Source: an uncultured bacterium
Lineage (GTDB): Bacteria; Patescibacteriota; Patescibacteriia; UBA9570; XYC2-FULL-38-9
Direction: 5' to 3'
NCBI GenBank assembly: GCA_937996685.1
Contig: CALKUP010000015.1
Coordinates: 7,900-71,899, forward strand
Length of the DNA stretch: 64,000 nt
Below are positions 39,516 through 49,985 of this stretch, one piece after another; position 1 is the first letter of the stretch; each line of letters starts with the position of its first letter. The position numbers and the translations under genes were made by a program. The notes under the pieces are model-generated. The model saw nothing but the letters and a program-made list of their open reading frames with translations, had not been told where the DNA came from and did not search any database.

Positions 39516-40067
39516 TTATTCAATCAATGTTGCATTTCCAAGCAATACATCAACAACAATTAATCCTTTGCCAGATAATGATTGCACTAATTCGTGGTGC
39601 ACCTGACGTTCAATTTGTGAACGGTTGCTACTAAAAAAGTCATGCGCATTCCATTGTGCGCCAACTGTGCGGATTCGTGATCGAATAGTTGGACGAATAA
39701 TCTTTTCAATATAGTTGTCACCAATAAATTGCCACAATTGTGTTGCGTTATCTGGATCAACATGAAATAAAATAGTCATCTCCAATTCAACATTTTGTGC
39801 ATCATGACTTGCCACAATAATTGATTGATCACCAAGATCGCTCACTGCAATATCAAAGCCTCGACGAATTTGATATTCTTGCACTTGCGTGTTAAACAAT
39901 TTTGCTTTATGCCAAAACGGAAGCTTCAAATGAAGACCCGGACGCAATACTTTTAACAACACACCTTGTCCGTGTGAATAAATACAAGCGACATACCCCG
40001 GCGGCACAGAAACGAACATGCCGAATAAAATGTCTTCAACTGCGAGCGAAATAATTAGTTTGTCCAT
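39516..40067 (-). CDS. SPFH/prohibitin-domain protein (short)
   Basis: VPPG, PGLH.K.PF, IIRP..RS.IR; lacks C-terminal coiled coil. Confidence 0.8.
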   Translation of the reverse strand: MDKLIISLAVEDILFGMFVSVPPGYVACIYSHGQGVLLKVLRPGLHLKLPFWHKAKLFNTQVQEYQIRRGFDIAVSDLGDQSIIVASHDAQNVELEMTILFHVDPDNATQLWQFIGDNYIEKIIRPTIRSRIRTVGAQWNAHDFFSSNRSQIERQVHHELVQSLSGKGLIVVDVLLGNATLIE

Positions 40068-40795
40068 AAGTCATCAATCTTTTGTTTAAGTTTCTCATCT
40101 TTTACAATATATTTCAAGGCGATAATCTTCACAGCGAGGATAACCAAGCTAAATATCATTGTTGTTGAAAGAAAAAGGGCTTTTGCGGATGGAAGTACAA
40201 TACATGCCAAATAGATACCGAGCGGAAACACACCAATCATCAGCAGGTCTGTACGCGTCTTTGTTCCAGTTCGATTAAAGTAATGCACAATCTGACTAAC
40301 AAGCATCACACCCGCTGCAAACAATGAAGCGCTGTTATTGGTGACAATGAGATTCAAACGACCAAGAAAATACGGATTCACAATCCCCGGATCTTGGATA
40401 AAGCCATAAATTTCATTTCGGCCAAGCCCAGGCTGCAAGCCAGACGCAAAAATTTCATATAACACTAAAAAGAAAAAGACCTGGAACATCAAGGCAACAG
40501 TACTCGACAACACGCCGATATTGTTTTTCTTCAACAAGCGTCGAATCGCCTCTCGTTGTTTTTCAAGATTGTGTTTATATCGAACTTTAATCTCTTCAAT
40601 CAGCGGCTGTAATTGAGTCAGACGAATTTCCGCGCGCGTACCGCGAATCGACAATGGCAACAATATAATACGAATCGCAATCGTAAATAAAATCACCGCA
40701 ATACCCATATCTGGCCCGGGCGAGATATTATAAAAAAACATCAACGCGTTATACAGCGGGATATACAATAAATCGTGCCAGAAGAAGTCAAACAT
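40055..40795 (-). CDS. YidC/Oxa1 family insertase
   Basis: G.A.ILFTI.IRIILLPL, LQP.IEEIK..Y. Confidence 0.8.
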   Translation of the reverse strand: MFDFFWHDLLYIPLYNALMFFYNISPGPDMGIAVILFTIAIRIILLPLSIRGTRAEIRLTQLQPLIEEIKVRYKHNLEKQREAIRRLLKKNNIGVLSSTVALMFQVFFFLVLYEIFASGLQPGLGRNEIYGFIQDPGIVNPYFLGRLNLIVTNNSASLFAAGVMLVSQIVHYFNRTGTKTRTDLLMIGVFPLGIYLACIVLPSAKALFLSTTMIFSLVILAVKIIALKYIVKDEKLKQKIDDLWTN

Positions 40796-40818
40796 ATTCC
40801 TTTGTAGTATACTACAAA

Positions 40819-42033
40819 ATGATGAAAAAATCAAACTCATTCTTCACGACCGAATGGCTCACAAGCATCGCAATGATTGTTGGTTTTTTGTTCTACGTGA
40901 AAGTATGCCTCTTTGTTGTCGGTGACCTTGCAAACAATATGCCATTTTTTTGCGGGGGATGTCACAGCTCAAATGTCTTGTGGTCGCAAAATGTTGTCCG
41001 CACCACACACTCCGTCTGGCAAACCTGGGACGCGCAAAATTACCTCTACCTCGCAGAAAATTGGTACACCCCGAATCACAAAAGCATTGCGTTCTATCCA
41101 CTACTCCCAGCAATCGTTCGCAGCGTCTGGATTGTCACCGGTGTCTCATTTTGGAGCGCCGAGCTCGTAGCAACACTGATTTCTATGGCAGCTGTCATCG
41201 CGCTGTATTCAGCGATCAAAGTCCTGACAAACAACACAATCGCACTCTGGAGCACGTTGCTCTACATCACATTCCCAACTGCATTTTTTCTCCACCTACT
41301 CTATACAGAATCGTTGTTCATTCTTTTAGTCTCGTGTGTAATTATCAGCGTCAGAAAACAGCATGCACTCGCGACGGCGCTTGCCAGCGGGTTACTTGTA
41401 CTCACGCGCTCACATGGAACCATTGCACTCATTGGGATCGTGTTCGCCAGTCTGTTCTGGGAATACACTAAAACGCAGAGGCCGCGATATAACAACGCGT
41501 GGCGGATCACGATATTCGGACTCGTCATCGGCAGCCTTGCTGGAGCGGTGCTCTATTTTTACAACATGCAATTCTTTACTGGATCACCAACTGCTGGGTT
41601 TGTTATTCAAAAAGAATTCGGCAGTCAATTCAGCTGGCTGTATGCGCTCCACCCTGTCCGCTGGGTGCAAGACGCCTTTTTGTCTCCAGGTCTATTCATG
41701 AGCATCAACAACAGTAGTATTAGTCGAGCCTTGTTCTTTCTCTCATTGATCGGCGCTGTGTTCGTGTGGAAATCACGTTCAATGAAACCATTCTTCCCAA
41801 TGGTCGTTGGACTCATTTTGTTTTCCGCACTTCCCGGAACCCTCGCGTCATACACCCGATATGCCCTCGCCTTGTTCCCAATATTTCCGGCAATTGTTGA
41901 ACGAGCCATCGACACCGAAAAGCGATCACAAAAAATCATCGGCTACACGGCACTGATTGTTTTTGGCCTTGTCAGTCTGACCCTCCAACTCTGTTTATTT
42001 TTCTATCACGCAAACAATCTCTGGATTGGGTAA
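40819..42033 (+). CDS. GT-C mannosyltransferase (PIG-V/Gpi18-like)
   Basis: WDA..Y..LA..WY, AFYPLLP, YTESLF, TRY. Confidence 0.85.
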   Translation: MMKKSNSFFTTEWLTSIAMIVGFLFYVKVCLFVVGDLANNMPFFCGGCHSSNVLWSQNVVRTTHSVWQTWDAQNYLYLAENWYTPNHKSIAFYPLLPAIVRSVWIVTGVSFWSAELVATLISMAAVIALYSAIKVLTNNTIALWSTLLYITFPTAFFLHLLYTESLFILLVSCVIISVRKQHALATALASGLLVLTRSHGTIALIGIVFASLFWEYTKTQRPRYNNAWRITIFGLVIGSLAGAVLYFYNMQFFTGSPTAGFVIQKEFGSQFSWLYALHPVRWVQDAFLSPGLFMSINNSSISRALFFLSLIGAVFVWKSRSMKPFFPMVVGLILFSALPGTLASYTRYALALFPIFPAIVERAIDTEKRSQKIIGYTALIVFGLVSLTLQLCLFFYHANNLWIG

Positions 42034-42152
42034 AAGTATGATATTATCATACTTTTTAGGCCATTTATCCCCTTGACAGGGGTTTGAAAAACCCATAGTA
42101 TCACTGGTCACTCAGCGCACAGACTCTGATACAGACGACTACATTACATACT

Positions 42153-43307
42153 ATGGCCAAAGATAAAAAAGAAGATCAAGTACTCTCACTCCTGGAAAAT
42201 TCCAGCGCGATTTTAATTGCACTTCCCCACAGCCCAACCACTGACGCAATCGCATCTGGACTTGCGATGTTAGCCGTGTGCGAAAAACTCAAAAAACGCG
42301 CGAAAATTGTTTCGTATAATTTTCAACTTCCGGCGAACAACGCCTTCCTCCCAAAGAGTGAGGAAATTTTTGCTGACATTTCCAGTCTCAAAAAATTCAT
42401 CATCTCCCTCAATCTTGAAAAAGCCGCTGTCGAAGAACTATCCTATGAAATTCAAGATGGTCGTTTAAATATTTTCATCACACCAAAATCCGGACACTTC
42501 AGCGCTGGCGATGTCGCAACATCTGACAGTGACTATGCATTTGATTGCGTTGTGACTGTTGACGCAAAAGACCTGGAATCACTCGGGCAGCTCTACGAAA
42601 AAAATGCTGAATTTTTTTACAGCACACCAATCATCAATATTGACCACACCGCTGCAAACGATCACTTCGGGCAAGTGAATTTGGTGAATGTGACTGCCAC
42701 TTCAACATCAGAAGTCATTTTTGAAATGTTGGAATATTGGCCGCATGAATTTCTCGATGAATATATTGCTACCAATTTACTCACGGGGATGATTAGTAAA
42801 ACAAAGAGCTTCCAATCAGGGTCAGTTACTCCTCGTTCACTCGCGATTGCTTCCCACCTCATTGATCAAGGTGCACGCCGTGATGAAATTGTGAAACATT
42901 TGTATCAAAGCAAGAGCGTCAACACACTGAAACTATGGGGCAAAGTACTTTCTGGATTGCAAGCAGACAGTGACAACGACCTTGTGTGGTCACGCATTCA
43001 CGCAGCAGACCTCGAAGAAACGGGCGCGAGCGTTGATGCAATTGGCGACGTCATCGATGAATTGATCATCAACACACCAGATGCACGAAATGTGGTTATT
43101 CTCTATGAAAACAACACACTAGACAGCGCTGAGATTTCTGCTGTGATTAGCACTGCTCCATTTATTAACGCGAAAACACTGTTTGAAGATTTTACGCCAG
43201 CTGGCTCAGATCATTTTGTGACAATTTCGAGCACACTCGGCATTGCAGAGTTTGAACGCGTGATCACCGACCGCATTCGCACACAAATGCAGCAAGCGAA
43301 AAAATAA
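42153..43307 (+). CDS. DHH-family phosphoesterase (NrnA-like, degenerate motifs)
   Basis: PTTDA, INIDHT, STSE, LLTG...T..F. Confidence 0.8.
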   Translation: MAKDKKEDQVLSLLENSSAILIALPHSPTTDAIASGLAMLAVCEKLKKRAKIVSYNFQLPANNAFLPKSEEIFADISSLKKFIISLNLEKAAVEELSYEIQDGRLNIFITPKSGHFSAGDVATSDSDYAFDCVVTVDAKDLESLGQLYEKNAEFFYSTPIINIDHTAANDHFGQVNLVNVTATSTSEVIFEMLEYWPHEFLDEYIATNLLTGMISKTKSFQSGSVTPRSLAIASHLIDQGARRDEIVKHLYQSKSVNTLKLWGKVLSGLQADSDNDLVWSRIHAADLEETGASVDAIGDVIDELIINTPDARNVVILYENNTLDSAEISAVISTAPFINAKTLFEDFTPAGSDHFVTISSTLGIAEFERVITDRIRTQMQQAKK

Positions 43308-43360
43308 ACAGGCGGACACACTTCGCATTTCGGCATAAACTTTGATATACTATTGTCACT

Positions 43361-45217
43361 ATGAACAATGGTTTTTTATCTATTGAAGATTTGCTTCCAA
43401 AAAAATCAGATGCTACCACACCTGTTGTTCGACCTACTCGCGCGCCGCAGTATTCCGCACCAGCAAACACGCAACAATCCGCCGCAACTCCTGCGCAATC
43501 AAATGTAATCAACACCGAAGACTCTCCTGCTCCCACAACTGATACTACCGACAACACGGTTCATCTTGATGCAAACCTTGCGGACAAAATTCAAACATTT
43601 GATTTAGAAACTGCAGAACGTGAAGTGAAACAACATGCCAGCATGCTTGGTGTTCCATATATTCAACTCGACGGGTTTCCAATTGGCCCGGAAATTATCA
43701 GCATTTTACCAGAAGAAACTGCCCGAAAAAACAATGTTGTCGCATTCTTTCGTCTGGAAAACCAAATGCGTGTTGGAGCACTTGACCCAACAAGTCCGGG
43801 AACACTTACTGTTCTCACACAACTAGAACAAGAACACCCTGGCACAAACATTGTTGCCTACATGGTCTCTCCCCGCTCACTCGCGAAAGCCTTGGAGCTG
43901 TATAAAAATGTGACGAAAGTGCAGGAAGTTGAATACGGCGTTCATATTACTGCCGAGCAACTCAAGCAATATGAAAAAGAAATCACGTCATACGATATTT
44001 TAGAGCAACGACTCAAAACAACAAACATGACTGATGTGTTTGCAATGCTTGTTTCAATGGCACTGACAAGTGGATCATCGGATATTCATATTGAAGCGGA
44101 AAAAGAATCAGCGGTTGTGCGCTTTCGTATTGATGGCGTGTTAATTGTTGTTGCTCATTTGCCGCTCACAGAACTCCCACGATTAGTCTCACGCGTCAAA
44201 GCGATCGCAGAATTAAAATTAAATATCACAGAAATTCCGCAAGACGGACGCATCTCGATTGAATTTGAAGGTGGCGAAAATCTTGATATTCGTGTTTCCA
44301 CTCTCCCAAGTGCGTTTGGCGAAAGTATTGTTATGCGTTTATTGAAGTCGTCATCCGTTGGATTGTCATTTGAAGATCTCGGAATGCGACCGTTGCAATT
44401 CGCGCGTTTGAAAGCAGAAATTGAAAAGCCAAACGGCATGATTATCACAACCGGTCCAACTGGCTCTGGTAAAACCACGACGTTGTACGCCATTTTGAAT
44501 AAACTGAACACAGAAGACACTAAAATTATTACATTGGAAAATCCAGTGGAATACAAATTAAAAGGCATTGTTCAAAGCCAAGTCGATCCAAGTAAAAAAT
44601 ATACGTTTGCATTAGGCCTGCGCGCGATTCTCCGTCAAGATCCAGATGTTGTAATGGTTGGTGAAATCCGTGATTTAGAAACTGCGAAGACCGCTGTTGA
44701 AGCATCACTGACTGGACATATCATGCTTTCCACAATTCACACCAATGATGCCGCTGGGGCTGTTCCCCGCTTCCTTGGAATGGGCGTCGAAGGTATTTTC
44801 TTAGCTCCAGCATTGAACGCTGTCATTGGGCAACGCTTGGTGCGTCGCGTCTGTTCAAATTGTGTTGAAAGTTACACGCCAACTGCTGAAGAAATCACTC
44901 GCGCCACAGAATGGATTGCGGCAATTCCAGAAAAATCCGGTGAAGAAAAACCAGATATCACAACCGTTGATTGGAAACACGGCAAAGGCTGTGTGAAATG
45001 CGCAAACACAGGATATAAAGGTCGCGTCGGTATTTATGAAATCTTCACAATGAACGCAGAAATTGAACAAGAAATCTTGAGTTCCGCGATTTCCGAATAT
45101 CGGATGAAAGAATTACTCCATGAAACCGGCATGGTGACAATGGGACAAGACGGCATCTTGAAAGCCGTTGAAGGCATCACAACCCTCGACGAAATTTTCC
45201 GTGTTGCGAAGGGGTAA
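43361..45217 (+). CDS. type IV pilus/T2SS assembly ATPase (PilB/GspE)
   Basis: SDIHIE, PQDGR, GPTGSGKTTT, LRQDPD, GEIRD, tetra-Cys. Confidence 0.95.
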   Translation: MNNGFLSIEDLLPKKSDATTPVVRPTRAPQYSAPANTQQSAATPAQSNVINTEDSPAPTTDTTDNTVHLDANLADKIQTFDLETAEREVKQHASMLGVPYIQLDGFPIGPEIISILPEETARKNNVVAFFRLENQMRVGALDPTSPGTLTVLTQLEQEHPGTNIVAYMVSPRSLAKALELYKNVTKVQEVEYGVHITAEQLKQYEKEITSYDILEQRLKTTNMTDVFAMLVSMALTSGSSDIHIEAEKESAVVRFRIDGVLIVVAHLPLTELPRLVSRVKAIAELKLNITEIPQDGRISIEFEGGENLDIRVSTLPSAFGESIVMRLLKSSSVGLSFEDLGMRPLQFARLKAEIEKPNGMIITTGPTGSGKTTTLYAILNKLNTEDTKIITLENPVEYKLKGIVQSQVDPSKKYTFALGLRAILRQDPDVVMVGEIRDLETAKTAVEASLTGHIMLSTIHTNDAAGAVPRFLGMGVEGIFLAPALNAVIGQRLVRRVCSNCVESYTPTAEEITRATEWIAAIPEKSGEEKPDITTVDWKHGKGCVKCANTGYKGRVGIYEIFTMNAEIEQEILSSAISEYRMKELLHETGMVTMGQDGILKAVEGITTLDEIFRVAKG

Positions 45218-45327
45218 ATGTAAATAAGAAAAAAAGCAGGTGGTCAGTCTGCTTTGTGTGCCGAGCTCCCCGTCGTGGGAACTCGAACGTTTTTATTTAT
45301 TGACCGTTGTCGTCTTGAATCGCTGTT

Positions 45328-46011
45328 TCAGCGAGACAAAATGACGCGACCCAGGCCTATGAAGAGGACTTCACACGCATGAACAGCGAGTTGCTGGCCA
45401 GCGTAGATCTCTTCGTGAGCCCGTGGATCAGTCCTCCGCCGCTCAAGCACATCTTGCAGCGCGAGCCGTGCTGCAGTTGCATGATCGATCTCCGCTCCGA
45501 CGTGGAGGTCGAAGTAGCGACGCGGCTCGTCAGGCACGTTGCTTCGAATCAAGGCCGCGGCCAGGATCCCGTGCGTCATGCCGGCGATGTACTCGAGAGT
45601 GACGTGAAATCCAATTGCCTTCCACGGACTCGCAACGTCGCTCCACACCTTGAGCGCGAACTCTGAGAACGCCTTGACCTCAGGCGTGGCATCACTGTTT
45701 GCGAGATCAGCGCCAATCCAGTCGACGAATGTCTTGAGAAGAATGTCGTGCGACTGCGCAACATCCCCACCACCGAACTCTTCCGCGATCTCGTGCGTGA
45801 CGCGTGACAGATAGCCCGCATCGAAGTCGAACAGAGTCATCGGCAGATGCAGGAGCGCGAGCTTGTGTCCGCGCACCGTGTGCCACCACTGGCCGGCGAA
45901 CAACCGGAGCTGCTCAACGGTCAGAGGCCCTCCGGCTTCCAAATGCCGCAGAAACTGAACATGTCTCACCTTCTCCGCTGCAATCAACGGATCGAATACG
46001 AAGATCTGCAT
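45328..46011 (-). CDS. heme-oxygenase-like diiron oxidase (CADD/PqqC/TenA fold), cassette F
   Basis: EE.G....SH, TLE, YFDLH..AE.DH; TAAGGGAGG SD. Confidence 0.75.
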   Translation of the reverse strand: MQIFVFDPLIAAEKVRHVQFLRHLEAGGPLTVEQLRLFAGQWWHTVRGHKLALLHLPMTLFDFDAGYLSRVTHEIAEEFGGGDVAQSHDILLKTFVDWIGADLANSDATPEVKAFSEFALKVWSDVASPWKAIGFHVTLEYIAGMTHGILAAALIRSNVPDEPRRYFDLHVGAEIDHATAARLALQDVLERRRTDPRAHEEIYAGQQLAVHACEVLFIGLGRVILSR

Positions 46012-46022
46012 TGCGCCCTCCC

Positions 46023-46595
46023 TTAATCCATGTCTCGTTGTAATTCACTTTCGGTCTTTTTGACGACCAGAAAGCAGCACGCTTCTCTCCATTTATTGAG
46101 ATAATCAGAAACGTGAAGAATGCTTTCACCGAACGGCCTATGGATATGTCCGCAGTACGCACGACCGTACGTATCTCGGCAGACCGAGCCCAAGGCAACG
46201 ACAGGAAAGCGCCGCACCACATTGGGGTGCTGCTCTGCGAGACAGAGCATTTCTGCCATGGTCCCAGGCCTATAGCCTTGTGCCCCAATGTTGGCCAAAG
46301 CCATCGGAGTTTCCGTCTCCTGCTCAAACTTCATGAGTTCAACAGTGACAACAACCTCCCCCTCACAACGATGAGGGAAGGTAGCCTCATTTATGTCTGA
46401 GGAATACACCCTAGCTGCAGCTGCCATTTGCGCGATAGTCAACCTGTAGTCGATGGACAGTAAAAAAGCATTTCCGAACTCAGGCTCAGGAGTGGCAACT
46501 CCATTCAGAAACACCTGCAACTTCGCACGAGTGACGAAGCCAGAATGAATCTGCGCGAACAGCTCCTCCATCTGCTCAAAGGTAGGCTTGCTCAT
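46023..46595 (-). CDS. hypothetical protein, cassette F
   Basis: GYRPGTMAEML..FPVVALGS; GGGAG SD; GC-richer. Confidence 0.7.
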   Translation of the reverse strand: MSKPTFEQMEELFAQIHSGFVTRAKLQVFLNGVATPEPEFGNAFLLSIDYRLTIAQMAAAARVYSSDINEATFPHRCEGEVVVTVELMKFEQETETPMALANIGAQGYRPGTMAEMLCLAEQHPNVVRRFPVVALGSVCRDTYGRAYCGHIHRPFGESILHVSDYLNKWREACCFLVVKKTESELQRDMD

Positions 46596-46773
46596 ATTCT
46601 ATCTCCCTCATTTCATTTTCAATGAACGTCTCACAGATGGATTTCCGTGAGAACAGAGTAATATATATTGAAAAAGGAATTTTTATACATTTTTATTGAA
46701 AACACTACTATAAAATATCATATAGTATTGACAATATTGATTATTTCATTATAATAGATTTTGAAAATACTCT

Positions 46774-47499
46774 ATGATTACCCAACTCCAACAACTTGGA
46801 CTCACGCAACAAGAAGCGCTTGTGTATTTGTTTTTACTCGAAAATGGCCAATCAACCGTTAAACAACTCAGTAAAACCTTGAATATTTCTGCAACTAATT
46901 GCTATCACCTCCTTGATTCTCTGGTCGCCCAAAAACTGATTACTGAAGTCACGGGTGTAAAAATCAAAACCTATGTCGCGCGAGATCCAGAATCTCTGAT
47001 TCAACGCACGACAGACCTTCAAACCATTGCACAGCAACTCGCCCCGGATTTACGTGCGCTCTACACCATTCAAAAAAATAAACCAACTGTCCGATTCTTT
47101 GATGGACAAGATGGTATTCAAGAAATCTATTTACAGACGCTGCACGCGCAGACGAAAAAAATCATCGCCGTAGGCTCAACCAACCAACTGAATAAGTCGA
47201 TGCAACGCTTTTTTGATCGCTATCGCAAACAAGTGCACGATCGTGAAATTGTGGTCTATGATATTTTAACTCCCAATTCGGCAGCCGTTGCAAATGCGAC
47301 AAAACAAGTGATGCGTGGATATTATGACGCCAAACTCCTCCCAAAAAATGTTGCTGATATTCCAACAGACATTTTGATTTGGGATGATTCGGTTGCCCTG
47401 ATTACCTTACAAGAGCCCTATTTTGGGACAATTATCACACAGCCACTCATCGCTCAAACCATGAGCGCGGTGCTTGAAACATTGTGGGCGAAATTATAA
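46774..47499 (+). CDS. TrmB-family transcriptional regulator
   Basis: LQQLGLT.QEA.VY..LL; PTVRFFDG. Confidence 0.85.
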   Translation: MITQLQQLGLTQQEALVYLFLLENGQSTVKQLSKTLNISATNCYHLLDSLVAQKLITEVTGVKIKTYVARDPESLIQRTTDLQTIAQQLAPDLRALYTIQKNKPTVRFFDGQDGIQEIYLQTLHAQTKKIIAVGSTNQLNKSMQRFFDRYRKQVHDREIVVYDILTPNSAAVANATKQVMRGYYDAKLLPKNVADIPTDILIWDDSVALITLQEPYFGTIITQPLIAQTMSAVLETLWAKL

Positions 47500-49959
47500 T
47501 TCATTCAGCAGCCGCTTTTTCTCTTCAAGTTCATCACGCGTTTGTTGCACTAAATGCGCTGGTGCTTTTTCAGAATATGACGGATTTGCAAGACGGCCTT
47601 CAAGAACTGTAATTGCCTGCGCAAGCTCTTCTTTCTTTCGAGCAGCAATTTCCGCTTCCACTTTTGGATCTTTTTTCTCTTCCAATTTTTTCAATTCACG
47701 TTCTTTCAATAACTGTGCAATATGCTCATGTGCATTCGTAATTTCATCTGTAAATGTATAGGCATCATTTGCTACTGGCCATTGCGCAATCAATAACAAT
47801 GAATCAAATAGCTCTAACTCTTTCGCAATAACCTCAGTTACAAATGGTGCGACTGGGTGTAATAATTTCAATACTTCTGTGAGCACATATCGCTGCATCA
47901 CACATTCAACATCATCACGCTTTGCTTCTTCTAAATACCATGCCGCAAAATCATTCCACACAAAGTCATACAACTTTGCCGGAACCAAACCAAAGCGATC
48001 ATGTTCAAAATCCGCTGTCACTTCACGGATAACATCTTGCAATGAAGCGAGGATAAGTTGATCTGGCTGCGATAAATTTTCAAACACAATGCCATCTGGC
48101 GCCGCTGGTGCTTTTTCATTCACAAACCGTGCAACGTTCCACAACTTCGTCACAAAATTCCGTGACTTCACGACCTTGTCTTCATAAAATCGCGCGTCAT
48201 TGCCGGGGGTGATATTTTCAATCAACGACATCCGCAACGCATCTGTTCCATATTCCGCAATCACATCAAGCGGATTAATGCCGTTCCCTGATGACTTACT
48301 GAATTTCTTCCCTTCTTTATCACGCAAAATTCCGTGGATGTAGACACGCTTAAACGGAATATCATCGAGCGCGTAGGTCGTCATCAAAATCATCCGCGCC
48401 ATCCAGAAAAACAAAATCTCATGGCCCATCTGCATCCAACTGGTTCCACCTTGGTGATACGTTTTCATGTCAGCTGTATCCTCTGGCCAGCCGAGCGTCG
48501 AAAATGTCCATGAGCCTGAACTAAACCAGGTGTCGAGCGTATCCTCATCTTGCGCCCAACCTTCACCCGGAGACTCAACCTGCACTTTCACCTCACCATC
48601 TTTATGCCACGCTGGAATCCGATGTCCCCACCAAATTTGCCGAGAAATATTCCAATCACGCAACCCTTCAATCCAATGGTCATACACCTTTTGAAAGCGC
48701 CCTGGAATAATCTCGATCTTTTTCGCAGCATCACCGCCGTGTCCTGTGGTCACCGCTTCACGCATAAAATCCTTCAACGTTTTTCCGCGTCCAGGAACTT
48801 CTTTGTTTACGTTAATAAACCACTGCTCCATTGGAACGGCTTCAACAATATCTCCAAAGCGATCTGACGTTGCAACATTTTGTTCAATGTCTTCTTCTGA
48901 AATCATCAAACCAGAATCACGCAGCCAATCAACGATTTTTTCACGGCACTCCGGAACAGACAATCCTGCATACGCACTTCCTGAAACAGGCAACATCTTG
49001 CCGTCTTTTCCAATCACTGGCAACACACCAATCTCTGGGTTCTTCACATACATTTCATAATCAATTTGCGCATGCGCTGTTGTCACACCCAAGGCTCCTG
49101 TTCCAAAATCTGGATCGATACCATCATCCGCAATAACTCGAATCGTTAAGTCTGCGCCCGCTCCATTTGCACCACCAAAAGCTGCAATCTCAAACGTCTG
49201 TCCAATGTATTCCTTCCACTGTCCGTCTGGATGCACCGCTACTGCCGTGTCTCCCAATTTTGTTTCTGGACGCGTTGTCGCAATCGGAATCGGAAAATCA
49301 GCGCTATATCGAAATGTATACAGCTTTGATGGTCGCGTCACATACACTAACTCATCATCCGAACACGTCGATTGCCCTTTGACAGACCAGTTCACCACGC
49401 GATAGCCGCGATAAATCAACCCGTCGTTATACATCCGAACAAACAGTTCATTGACCGCGCGATTGCGCTGTTCATCAAACGTATACGCGAGCCGATCCCA
49501 ATCAGCACTCGTTCCCATTTTCTCAATCTGATTCAAAATCGTCGCCTTGGATTGTTCAGCAAACCCACGAATCCGTTCAAGCAAACCGTCGCGCCCAAAC
49601 TCCTTGCGTGGATTATCTGACTGTTCAAACTTGCCACTTCCAATTGGCCATTCAAATTCGCCCTTCTTCAACAAGCCTTCCACTTTCGCCTGCGTTGCCA
49701 CTGCTGCGTGATCTGTTCCTGGAAGCAACAACGCTCGTTTGCCGCGCATCCGTTCAAACCGAATTTTCGCATCCAGCAATGTGTTTTCAAGCGCATGTCC
49801 CAAATGCAGCACTCCTGTCACATTCGGCGGTGGCATCATCACAGCGAACGGCTCTCGCCCTTCAGCGTCCAGCAAATTTTCTGGGTGAAAAAAACCGCTG
49901 TTTTTCCAAGCAGCGTAGATCTCATTTTCATACTGTTGTGGGTTGTACTGTTTTTCCAT
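47494..49959 (-). CDS. valS: valyl-tRNA synthetase
   Basis: PPPNVTG.LHLGH, DWNISRQIWWGHRIP, KFSKS. Confidence 0.97.
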   Translation of the reverse strand: MEKQYNPQQYENEIYAAWKNSGFFHPENLLDAEGREPFAVMMPPPNVTGVLHLGHALENTLLDAKIRFERMRGKRALLLPGTDHAAVATQAKVEGLLKKGEFEWPIGSGKFEQSDNPRKEFGRDGLLERIRGFAEQSKATILNQIEKMGTSADWDRLAYTFDEQRNRAVNELFVRMYNDGLIYRGYRVVNWSVKGQSTCSDDELVYVTRPSKLYTFRYSADFPIPIATTRPETKLGDTAVAVHPDGQWKEYIGQTFEIAAFGGANGAGADLTIRVIADDGIDPDFGTGALGVTTAHAQIDYEMYVKNPEIGVLPVIGKDGKMLPVSGSAYAGLSVPECREKIVDWLRDSGLMISEEDIEQNVATSDRFGDIVEAVPMEQWFINVNKEVPGRGKTLKDFMREAVTTGHGGDAAKKIEIIPGRFQKVYDHWIEGLRDWNISRQIWWGHRIPAWHKDGEVKVQVESPGEGWAQDEDTLDTWFSSGSWTFSTLGWPEDTADMKTYHQGGTSWMQMGHEILFFWMARMILMTTYALDDIPFKRVYIHGILRDKEGKKFSKSSGNGINPLDVIAEYGTDALRMSLIENITPGNDARFYEDKVVKSRNFVTKLWNVARFVNEKAPAAPDGIVFENLSQPDQLILASLQDVIREVTADFEHDRFGLVPAKLYDFVWNDFAAWYLEEAKRDDVECVMQRYVLTEVLKLLHPVAPFVTEVIAKELELFDSLLLIAQWPVANDAYTFTDEITNAHEHIAQLLKERELKKLEEKKDPKVEAEIAARKKEELAQAITVLEGRLANPSYSEKAPAHLVQQTRDELEEKKRLLNEL

Positions 49960-49985
49960 ACGCTTAACAATCAAAATATACCGAT

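Noticed and set aside
33058-46011. Folate/pABA pathway linking the class IV aminotransferase and CADD-like gene
   Set aside because: About 11 kb apart, different gene classes, no other folate genes in window
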